64,000 nt of DNA, taken from positions 171,616,001-171,680,000 of the forward strand of contig OZ038378.1 in assembly GCA_964036045.1 (NCBI GenBank), written 5' to 3'. The notes under the pieces were generated by a model. It did no database searches. It was not told where the DNA came from and saw nothing but the letters and a program-made list of their open reading frames with translations. The translations under genes and the position numbers were made by a program. Shown piece after piece: positions 24,170-34,758 of the stretch. The stretch's first letter is position 1, and every line of letters begins with the position of its first letter. The stretch is from Eutreptiella sp. 'Long Island Sound 2002' (Eukaryota; Protista; Euglenida).

Positions 24170-25850
24170 AACCTGCTGTCCTCCACCTGCACACGTTTTC
24201 AGTTTTGAACCTGGGTGTCACTGCCCCCCGACTCGCTCGCGCTGCACCCCCCACTGTCGTTGCTATCATCACTGTCGCTAAGAACGTCGCTGGGGAACAA
24301 TCCTGTCCGCCATACATCGCGGACTTCGAGTCTGGAAGATTTGTTGGCTTACATATCCTTGCTGAAGGGATTTGGGGCTCTTGGCCAGTCTGAGACAAGT
24401 CTGATAGTGCCTTCTTCCGGACATTCAGCGCATCCACGTGCCGTTTGGGTTGATCTCCATTAGTGCCATGATTTGATGTTGGGCATGGGGTTTCCCGCCT
24501 GGTACAACGTCGCTGCGCAGAGTCTGCGCCATCCGTGCCAGCGGACATTCCGCCACTTTGACCCTGCGAGCAGTTTTGCCATGACTCGTTCCAGCTGGCG
24601 TGGCCCACCCAAGATGGTGTTGTGCGGGCTGCGTCCCATTTTGCGAATTGCCCGCCAATGTAAAAACCGGACCCAGCGGAGCGCCCAGGGTCCCACTCCT
24701 CTGGAGTATGCCCGGCGGTTGACCTTCTCATCCCAAAACGTGATCGTGCCTCATATTCCGTCATGTCCTGGGACTTTGATACCCGCCATCTCCCCGACAC
24801 ATAACCCCACCACTGTCGACAGTACCGCTACTGCTGCCACCGCCCGTTCGGTTGGGTTCTGGGCTTGGGAAGCCATTGTCTGCAGGGCCTCAACCGATCC
24901 CCACAGGACCTTCTCGTCGTCCCAGGTGTTCTCCACTCCCTTGACACCCTTGACATACTTCCAGAACAATCTTGGCAACACATGCTGTGCAATGCCCATG
25001 GAGACCGCCCAGGTTGCTGCTCAGAGCGCCGCTTTGATGGTGCTAGGGCTTCTCCCCATTGCCATTTCTTCTGACGGCTGCTCTTCAAGGATCTTCCATT
25101 CAGGTTCACTTGGGGCTACCGTGTGCCGTCTGCCCAGTTTTTGGAGTCCGGATGCGAACGTCCCAGGGATGATGTTTTCCAAGCCAGGGCCAGCGGCGTT
25201 CTTTTGTCCGGAGGTTCGCCAGATCTGCGTTGTTGCAGGATGCCTCCTAGGACCGCTGCTGCCGTCCAGTAGGTTGCCCATGACGTTGGCAAACCCCATT
25301 GGTGTTCTTCCTCTCCGGGGCTGGATCTGTCGCTCTCACCTCCCCCGGCGCCCTCCTCGTCGTGCAATGCGGCTTGTGTATCGTACTAGACCCCATCTGG
25401 TTGTGTCCCGGAGTTAGGACGCCAGGATGGCTCTGGCCCCCTACGGTACGACGCAAGGGATCTTCTCTCCAAGGTCCAATCCTCTTCTGGGTCAGTCCCT
25501 GCGACTGTTTGCAACCCCAGGCCCCCTCCGCCGCCTGGGATCTTGCACCGTCAAACTAGGTCGCAGGTCCAAACCCAGTGTCCTTCGCCACACTCCTTGC
25601 ACTTTTCCGGAGGATCATTTTGCACATTGTACGTGTCTCCAGCCTTCGTCATGTAGAACTTCTCTCCCTGATACTCCACAAACTAGAAGTGCCCCGCTTT
25701 GGTTTTTTCTCGGTACTTTCTTGCACCTCTGTCCAACATCGGTTCGACCGACAGATTGTGCTTTTTTCTCGGCTTGGACACTTGCGATTGGGAGCTCCTG
25801 CCTCCATTGTCTTGGCGTTCTTTGGACTTTTGGTGGTATTTGTTTGTCCC
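24170..25850 (-). mobile_element. Decayed YR retroelement: gag-like CCHC ORF followed directly by tyrosine recombinase
   Basis: gag knuckle PPEKCKECGEGHWVWTC at about 25562-25610. YR motifs: LSTVVGL(C)VGE at the Arg-I position, RWHGWRRLCAATL (HxxR), and W-x8 to the nucleophile position at 24430-24432. Stops and frameshifts present. Confidence 0.8.
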
Positions 25851-26113
25851 ACATGTGTCCCACATGGTGGCCCACACCTCGTTGCTGAGGCACTGGACAG
25901 GTTTCATGCCTTCTGGAGACTCCGGATCCGTACGAGGCGCTAAACAGGTGGAGGGCGGAAAAAATTGTGACTCCGTCGTTGAAGAACTGAGCGGACGGAT
26001 AAAAGAACTGGAATACAAGCTGGGAGAACAAGAAAAAGAAAAAGTGCGCCCAAAGCTATCTGAGGAGGCGGTGAAAACCCTGCTCTCAGAAGAGGGTGTG
26101 CCAAAGTGGATGG

Positions 26114-26570
26114 ACATCACGTCACCTTATGTTACGTGGCATTACATTACACCACACTATATTACATTACATTACATTACATCACAGAACATTACGTTAC
26201 ATTACATCACATCATAACACATTACATTACATTCCATTCCATTACCTTACAATACATTACAATACACTACATCACATTACAATACATTTCATCACATTAC
26301 AATACATTTCATCACATCACATCACATCACTGACGTGCGATAATATCATGTAATGTAATGTAATGTAATGTAAGGTAAGGTAAGGTAAGGTAAGGTAAGG
26401 TAAGGTAAGGTAAGGTAAGGTAAGGTAAGGTAAGGTAAGGTAAGGTAAGGTAAGGTAAGGTAAGGTAAGGTAAGGTAAGGTAAGGTAAGGTAAGGTAAGG
26501 TAAGGTAAGGTAAGGTAAGGTAAGGTAAGGTAAGGTAAGGTAAAGTAAGGTAAGGTAAGGTAAGGTAAGG
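26114..26570. repeat. Head-to-head pentamer arrays: degenerate (CATTA)n, then (TAATG)4(TAAGG)40
   Basis: (TAAGG) x40 at 26371-26570 with one TAAAG variant, (TAATG) x4 at 26351-26370, degenerate CATTA/CATCA at 26114-26330. Confidence 0.97.
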
Positions 26571-26574
26571 GCCC

Positions 26575-27650
26575 CCTTCCCAGGAGGGGGGGCACCCTGA
26601 TAGCCACTTGTTGGTATGGCAGGCGGGGCCGACGGAGATGAGGGGTGGCCCCCTCCCCAGCCTCGGAGGCAAGTGCAAGGCAGGTACAACACCCCGGTCT
26701 GGCTGCACCTAGGGTTAGTGCACACTGCACAGGGCGCAAGGACGGGTTCCCTACCCCTGTGTGCACCAACACATGGTGGAGCGACGGGTTTCCCACGCCT
26801 GTGCACACCAGGACCAGTCTGACTTGGAAGGGCAGGGCCGGGGCAGGGGGCAGGGCCGGGGCAGGGTTGTGGGCAGGGGCAGCAACTAGGGCAACTGGGG
26901 CAAGGACGGAGCGGAGGCAAGGGCGGAGGCAAGGGCTGAGGGCAAGGGCAGCGGGGCCGGGACAGATGATAGCAGGAGCAGGGACTGGGGTAGTGGTAGG
27001 GGGACCACGGCAAGGCAGGGACAAGGGGGAAGGCAAGCAACAAGGGCAGGAACAGGGGCAAGGGCGGAGGCAGGGGCAGGGGCCTGGGACCACCAAAGTA
27101 CACGGAGTCCGGCCCACAACGGCCGGCCCCGTTCGCCCACCAATGGGCCCCCTAGCGTTAGGGCGACCCAAGTCCCTCCGCCCACCGATGGTGTGCAGAC
27201 AAGGGTGGCCAGTAGGGGTCATTGGGTGGGTCGCCATGGGGCCAGAGGCAACCCTGTGCGGTGCTGTGCCGTGCCGCGCTTGTGGCGCGGTGCTGTGTTG
27301 TGTTGTGCTGGAGCCGGATGGGCCCCGGACACTGTCCAATAGCCCCCATTCCTTTCTCAGGAGGACAAGCAGCCGCCCAGGTGCCGGAGAGGGGGCTGCC
27401 CCACAGCACCCCTTGACCAACCCCGGCCAGCATACCAACAAGGGGCTATCGGGGTGCCCCCCAGGCTGAGGATGGGGCTGCCCAATACCACCTGCGACCT
27501 CCCCTGGCGGCGATACCAACAGGCGGCTGTCAGGGTGCCCCCCAGGCTGGGGAGGGGGCCGCCCCACACCTGATGTGACCTTCCCTGGCTGCCGCACAAA
27601 CAGGCGGCTATCAAAATGCCTTCCGGGCTGGGGAGGGGGCTGCCCCCATC
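26575..27650. mobile_element. GC-rich element with subterminal inverted repeats
   Basis: GGGGGCACCCTGATAGCCACTTGTTGGTATG (about 26588) is inverted relative to three ~83-bp tandem units at about 27430, 27513 and 27596. Low-complexity GGGCA(A/G) core. Confidence 0.5.
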
Positions 27651-29394
27651 ACCAAGGGCCGACCCTATCCCCCTCCAAAAGGACTCTGGTTTCCTTCAGT
27701 GCTTGGTAGAAGCCGCGTGGGGGCTCCAGACAAGTGGTGCCGGGCCCAGACGCGGACCTGCGCCCACAGATATCCCCCCAAATCCGCTGAGGGAGACTCC
27801 CGCATGGGCAGCAGGATGCCCAGTTCCACGACCCCTCGCGCGGTCCGCCACCCCCTGTGGACCGTCCTGCCCCATCGCAGCTACCCTGTGGTGGCCGGAG
27901 GGGGATGGGGCGCGCAACCAAGGTTGCGTGTTAGCCCAGGCCTCACCCTGGTTTCACCCCTACACGAGGTCACGCACCCCTGGGCGGCGGTGCGGGTCCA
28001 GGATTCTGTGATAAAATGGCTATTCTTGTGCAGCTGTTTCTTTGCACTGTGTGTGGGCCCACTAAAAGGGAGTCCCCCTGTCCTTTATGGCCCGCACACC
28101 CCGTCCAATGGTCAATTGGTGGTTGGACTGTATCTTTTTTGGTGCCAAAATCAGTTAGAGTCCTGATCTTTGGGGTACAAGGTTTAGGCTGCAGGACTGC
28201 AGAAATGAGGGGCTGGTGTGATGTGCCCTTGCCCTGATGAATGGAAAAATGGGAATCCTTGGTGTCAGGCAACAATATTGTTGGACTGTACGACTTCTCT
28301 TTTCCACCATGATTGATTCTCTTCTTGTGCCTAGCCAGTACCAGACGAGTGATCTCAATCCTATGCTCAATTCAGGTCAAGCGACCGATGATTGCTGCAG
28401 CGCCAAAGCCCTCCCGCTTCTGCGTATCATTCTCCTGCCTTGTGCAGTGCAAAAAACTGACGGCCTGCAGTGCCTGAGCCAGTAAGGAAGCAGTGAGATA
28501 GGTGACACTATAAAATACAGGCCTAGGATGGCCCAAAACGTACAAAAACACACCTGGAGGTTGGCCTTATGCCTTATGGTGTAAAGCAGACGGCTAAATA
28601 CTATCTGCTTGGCTATTTTGTGGGGGGGCTCTTGATTGTTTTTAATAAGTTGCTGGCAGCTTTTCAAAACGGTGAAGAAAATGCGGGAGACTGATTTTTA
28701 TGTCTCCACATTGCGCCTTCTCCCACATCGCCACCAGAGTCATCCTAAAGACCCAATAACCAAGGCGGAAAAGGTCAGGATTTCTGTGGAATTGTTCATA
28801 ATGGCTCGGGCGATGTAGGCAGAGTACATGTACCGCCTGAGGTTTGGGACTAGTTGTTTCAGAACAGTCCCTCAAAGGGATGGTGGGTGCAGGTGCCGGG
28901 AGCAAGACTGCCTGATGAAATTTTGACTATGGTTGATGCCCTGCACCACCAGGAGCATCTACATTACAGCCTGGTGGCCAAGGGTTTGGGTTGTCTCCAA
29001 GTGCACCAACTGTTGTGATTCCAGAATCTTAGGGAACATGAAGTTTTACAGCTAACTGCGAGCCCCATGGGATGTCTTAGGTCCCTTGGACCACTTGGGC
29101 AAGCACCAACGGTCCCCAAGAAAATTTTGGCTCGCTGCGGCATGCTGCGGCACGCTTCAAGCTGTTGGTTAAGGGTACCACCATTTTCCGAAAGCGGCAC
29201 AGGTTTCAAAAACCAGACCAAAACACAGTGAATCACATGCACAGGTTCAGGTTGTGGGGCAGGAACGTTGACAATAATAGTAGGCGGCTGTTGAGGTGTT
29301 GCTTCCGCTGCCTGAGGTGGTACAACTGGGCAAACAGCAGTGACTTGGGGTATGAAATCCACAGGTTTCAAAAAGGGCAAACGTCAGAACACAC

Positions 29395-29616
29395 CTTGGC
29401 AGGATCGAGAAGCCCATAGATCTTTTCCAGTTGCTTGTCCATTTCAGCCAGCACGGCATCAAGACCCTTCTCACGAATGGACTTGGGCTCACCGATGCAG
29501 AACACACAGGACATGCCTGCATCTAGGATATACTTGAGCTTAGTGGCCAGGGTAGCGTTGCTGTCGTATGCCAAAATCCCAAACTCACCACGACGCTCCG
29601 AGTGTCCGATCAACAC
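29395..29616 (-). CDS. TPI: Triosephosphate isomerase, internal exon
   Basis: CAG acceptor at 29619-29617. Reads VLIGHSERR (catalytic His)...CVFCIGE...LDPAK. GT donor at 29394. 222 nt, phase 0/0. Confidence 0.97.
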
Positions 29617-30043
29617 CTGTGCACACAAAAACCAATGCTGTGGCAGGCACAGGTTGTCTGGTTTTCGCAAAAGATTTAAAGAACAATATGTCCAACAAGG
29701 TGAACCCCCCTGTGAACACACATGACCTGCTCACAGCACCTGCACATACAAGAACCAACACACCTGCTCACACAAGCTCCTGCTCACATGCTCACATCAA
29801 TTCTCATCTACCCAAGACCCAATGCCTGCAGTTCGGCACACAGACATAACAAAACCATCCCTTGGGGTTGCTCAGAGGGGCAGCCGTGAGCCAACTGACA
29901 GCAATTGTGGGCCAGCCAACAGCGGTTTGGAGCCAACATACAGCAGTTGGTTGCAATAATTTTCAACCAATCAAAAAACAATCCGTCCACGACTCAGCAG
30001 TGAGCACGTCCTGTGGCAAGACATGTCCCATCCCTCCGATTAC

Positions 30044-30306
30044 CTGCTTGATGCCCATGTCCTTCATCTGCTCCACAGACATCTCACCTGTAAAAGCCCC
30101 ACAGCCTTTGAAATTGCAGTTCTGAGGCGTGACCATAGCACCATTGTTAAACTTCCCCGCGCAATATGAGACGTGGAGTGTGGAGGGACAGACGTACACG
30201 TCGCATTTACTGGTGTCACATGCGTTGATGTTGGCAATAAGGCCATCAAGCTTCTTCATGGAGTCCGGGTTGCACTTCCAGTTGCCACCAACCACGGGCC
30301 TGCGTC
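30044..30306 (-). CDS. TPI: Triosephosphate isomerase, first TPI-domain exon (in-frame ATG at 30316 overlaps the acceptor)
   Basis: Reads RRPVVGGNWKCN (catalytic Lys)...QNC...GAFTGEMS. Donor CAG|GTAATC at 30043. TAG acceptor at 30309-30307, preceded by a pyrimidine tract, phase 1. Confidence 0.95.
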
Positions 30307-31489
30307 CTATGGGCATTCGTACAAGTTTGTGAAATGGGGTGAATGGGAAGCATACACAAGGCAGTCGTCCCTCACATCACGCAGGATAGGCAGTCAGGGT
30401 TAAGGGGATTTCGTGTTTGTCCTCTTGTGGGTAGACCAGCTCCTCCTTCACACCCCAGGACACATATAAAACACAAAATGACTGTAACGCAGCCCCAGTG
30501 ATTGGGCCTGATTTGAGCTCACTCATACGGGGGGGATCAGGCCCACGGCTAAGACTCCAACTGTGCCTGCTCCACGGCCTTCATCATCCTCTGATGTACT
30601 TTGGACAATGTTCGAGTGATTCCTTCTGAATGTGCCACCCTGTGTACCCTGGCCTGCAGGCACCAGTATGGTCTCATGCTCTCCTGTCCTGCTCATGTCC
30701 TCTCCTTCCAGGACCCTGTGCATCATCCCAGCTAGGTGGGCACACTGGTCAGTGGTCAAACTCCAGAATGGGCATGCTATCAACACTTGCCGGTGTGCTT
30801 GGGATCAATTAGCACATCAAATGAAGATCCACCAACCGAGCATATGGGCATGCTATCAGTGTAGTGTGTCACAGACTAGGGGAAGTGGGGATTATGATTG
30901 TAAGGCGAACATCTTTCAAACCACCAACTCCAAAGCGGAGAGGAGTGAATTCACTCATCATTGGGTGTTACCACATGATTGACCATAATCTAACCTGAAA
31001 AGGCAGAGACTAGTAACATTGTTGCCAAGCAATTGCGACGAACCCCTCAACCTTGAGTAAACACCCTTTCTATGCCCCTTTTCACACAAATTCCAATGAA
31101 ATGCATGCCATCAATAGAATTAACTCACTTTACGCTCTAAGAAACACAGTGACTTTGAGTAAAGGGGTAAAACTACAGTCAACTAGTTGCTGACATACAA
31201 ATTTTGCACTGCATGCACAGCATTCCAGGCACGGGGGGCTAGACAAGGTACCGAAAATTATCAAGGCCACTTTCCTTCGGGCCCACATGGGGGGCTGGGG
31301 GATCAGAATCAAAGGGGAACAACACCCAGTATGATGCGTGAGCCATTGGTTGCGTGTGTAGTTTGTGTGGGTTATTGGCTTGTGGCATGGGGTGGGTGTT
31401 TGGAATATGTTTCATAGTGGCATCTCCACCTTGGGCACTCTAGCTTGTGTGCACAAGTTGGGTGGTGATGGAATGCACAGTGCTTCTGC

Positions 31490-31800
31490 TGGATTCCACA
31501 CCAACGGGGTTTGGGGGGTTGGGTTTCCTGCAGATTCCAGGAACGTGGCGGAATGCATACATACATCCAAAGAAGGACAAACCAATAATTACGGTGGACT
31601 ACCAGTACCGATCCGTCCCAACTCAAAGCTGGTGGTAGAAGCTGTCATGGGATGGCTCAGCAGATGGCATGGGTCATCAGGTGTAGTGGCTTATGCCAGC
31701 TTCTGGGAAAGCTGCCTGGGGAGTGGGTATGATGGTTCTTGATCCCCTCCCACAATGGTATCAAAGATAATGTACATGCCGATCTTCTAGCCTATGCAGT
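31490..31800 (+). mobile_element. Decayed LINE-type RNase H fragment inside TPI intron 1
   Basis: Fragments EGQTNNYGG, NSKLVVEAVMGWLSRW and IPSHNGIKDNVHADLLA resemble the RNase HI motifs TNNxAEL, TDS and PSHxGxxGNxxAD. Frameshifted. Confidence 0.65.
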
Positions 31801-32378
31801 ATGCTGCAAGCTCCCACTGCTGTTTGGAAAGATTTTCATAAATCCCATCTCAAAGGAGGCCAACTGGCGCAGCTGGGGGCAGGGGAGGCCGTACGCAGGT
31901 CACAAAGCGCTCCACACATGCACGTCCTGGTATGCATATGCAGCAATGTTCGGCAGTTCTTTCATCATTGGCCTGGGCCACACCTTTGCTATGCTACAAG
32001 CACGTTCAGAGGGGGCAGGGGAGGGGGGGGAGCTGCCAAGTGGCAGCGAATGGGCATAACTTGCAAATTGAGAATTTCAACACCTCATACAACCTGATGG
32101 AACTGCCACGCCAAACAGCATCCGGAAGTACAAAGTAAAATGAAGAAGCCAGAAACTGAAATGACAGGCACTGCAAACGCAGGGGTGCCATGGAACATGA
32201 CATGGAGCAGCACGTGATCAGGCAACTAAACAGGCAAGGACTAGCTTCTGACATGGGGGCAGCACTGGCAGTTGTTGTGGTCAGGCGGTCCATAACTGTG
32301 GTGGGTTGGGTTGGGTTGGGCTGGGTTGGTTGGGGTGGATGGGTGGGTTGAGTTGAAATGGCATCTGCACGCATGCAC

Positions 32379-32523
32379 CTTTCTTGGACTCCAAAGCTTC
32401 TCGGAGAAATGCCACGGGCTGAGATGGCTTGGCATTGACAAGTTGTTGAATGAGGTCATTGACAAGCTCAGGAATGCCGTGCTTGCGGAGGTAATCAATA
32501 TCATCAGCATTTTGTGCGGCCAT
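32379..32523 (-). CDS. RIIa/Dpy-30-like dimerization-docking domain exon; putative first coding exon of the TPI gene
   Basis: Reads MAAQNADDIDYLRKHGIPELVNDLIQQLVNAKPSQPVAFLREALESKK-G, matching the D/D pattern YLxxHxIxxLxxxLxxxLxxxKPxxPxxFL. 145 nt, GT donor at 32378, phase 1. Confidence 0.85.
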
Positions 32524-32545
32524 CGTGAAACAAAGAGAGGAGACC

Positions 32546-32568
32546 CTGTAGGGAACAGAAAGTGAAGT
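32546..32568 (-). promoter_or_regulatory. Polypyrimidine tract plus CAG acceptor 22 nt before the ATG (candidate spliced-leader trans-splice site)
   Basis: Minus strand reads cttcactttctgttccctacag|ggtctcctctctttgtttcacgATG. Use as a trans-splice site is inference. Confidence 0.55.
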
Positions 32569-33172
32569 CCAGAATTGCTGCGCACTGGCTTTGGGCGACA
32601 GAAGCTATTGAGAGAACCTCAGAACGTGTCAGGGATGATGCCATAACTTTTTTTTTCCAGTAAACATAGTCTGGAAGCTACGAAGGTGAGTTCACGGTTT
32701 ATGCGACACTGCGGGTGCTCCGCCTGGTTCATATAGTATCTTTAAAGCAGGCCTACCCCTCGCAAAGAGAGGGGACACTGCTTTCTTCTGCAGATACTAC
32801 AGAGTATGCCGCCCGGCCACGGCCACGCCTTCAAACCGAAGACAAAGACCAGGAAACACTGTTGACGTAATACGGTAACCGGCAAACAGATGACAGGTAT
32901 ACAACAGGCCAACCATACTTTATCCTCTTGGGTGCACTGGTATGTCTAATTCCCTTGTTCATAACGTGTCCTCACACTATTGGGACCTATGGATACCATC
33001 CGCGCATGTAATGGCCGTCCCTGTGTGTATCGTTCAGTGCCCCATCTGTTCTTTGACCCCTCTGGCATGTATACACGTCTCTGCTTTGACTGCGCCCCTG
33101 GTTCCTAGTGGGTGTCATATGGCGTTTACCGTGTGGCAAAGCGGCGGTGGCCCGTTCGTGACGGGCCGGCCG

Positions 33173-34758
33173 ATTTCCCTCCCTGGATTCAGTTCTCACA
33201 AGCAAAACACAATATTTGGGACGTGCTCCATCACTTGCCGCTGGTGGGCTGTGGGTTTAGTATTGTGTGAGTGTCCGTGAGTGTATGGCAACAACTTGTC
33301 GTATAGGGCGGGCGGGCGGGCTATGACCACCCAAATATAAAAATATTCTGAAATCAGATAATGGATATGCATGGGAAATTTGGCGATTCCCTACTGTGAA
33401 TCCCTGAATTTCCCTCCCTGGATTCAGTTCTCACAAGCAAAACACAATATCTGGGACGTGCTCCATCACTTGCCGCGCCTGCCCCACCGGGGATCTTGTA
33501 GGTGCAGGTAGGCGCGTAAAGACCTGGGTCTATGGTACTAGCCCTCCTGAACACCTGCAAAAGGATAAGGTGCCGTCCTTAGGGACAACCAGTCAGTCAC
33601 ATCAATCTTTGCAAATTAAGCATATTGTCTGATGCATGGTTGGGTAATCAAATACGTGTATACAACCGGCACTGCATCACCTGAAATCGGTTTTGTCTGT
33701 CTTAAGACCACTTGCTGAAAACGCCACAAACTATCTGGTAGCCCCGCGAACCAAATGTGGTGGTACCCTCCGGCCTAGCTGGCTAAAACAGACACTGACC
33801 TGCGACCCCCCGGTGTGGGGACCACTAGGGAGACCTCCCAGTCCAAGTCATGTAGCTTCGAGGTGTCTTTTCTACTCCATCTCAACGGCAAGGTCTCACT
33901 CGCTCTCTACTTCAAGAACCCAAATCACCTGAACTACCGATGAATACATTTCTTGTTTCAGCATCACTTCTTGTTCTCCTCTCATCGTGACAACTTCCAT
34001 TGTCATTCTGGCTTCGCAGACGATGTATAGTCTAAGCCATACTCTTTGATTTCGTCTCCATATCATCGCCTCATGTGTCAACCTCAGCGTGTCCAGAGCC
34101 TCCTCCTCCACTTCTGCCAGGCGCCGGATGGCCAAGACCTTGAAGCGCTCTCTCTCTTGCCGTGGCTTTGTCTTCTCTCCATGCCCTTTTGTTGGCATGA
34201 CAACGAAGGGCTTCAGCACTCGTGGAAGGACACAGGCATAAAAAATTGGGCTGTGGTAGAGTGGACAGCTTACAGGCCAGGTAACACCATCTGTACGTGA
34301 GGCTCGTTTAGACCTATGCGCGGCTGGCAGACATCAGATCTCGCCGTGGAGGCCCTGCCCCATCAGCCAGTGGCTTGAATTCACCCGATTGAACATCTAT
34401 TCTCTGGGCATGGGCCGCCTCATACGCGGAAATTGCTTTCAGTAATTCGGAATCATCTCCAGTGAACCCGCTATCCTCTCTGGTTGCCTAAGCCATTCCT
34501 CTTTGTCCACTCCTGCCTCTTTGATCGTGTCCAAGGCCTCCAGTGCTGCTATGGCCACCTAGTCAACTCCTTTGCTGTTGATGAACGTCTGGAGTTCTTG
34601 GGTTAGGACGAATTGGACGAACATGGGTCCTGCTTCACGATCCATGGCAGATGACAGCGGGGGGGGGGGGGGGGCAGTGACCACCCAAATATAAAATATT
34701 CTGAAATCCGATAATGGACATGCATGGGAAATCTGGCGATTCCCTACCGTGAATCCCT
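33173..34758 (-). mobile_element. Non-autonomous YR-type retroelement with split direct repeats (A1...B1-A2-B2)
   Basis: A = 34678-34758 and 33324-33405 (about 81 bp). B = 33408-33476 and 33173-33241 (69 bp). Internal gag-like ORF remnants. Contains the 33500-34320 repeat copy. Confidence 0.7.

Noticed and set aside
26096-27597. Long ORFs (LTLPY repeats, Pro/Cys-rich 426 aa and others)
   Set aside because: They are translations of the pentamer microsatellites and GC-rich low-complexity repeat.
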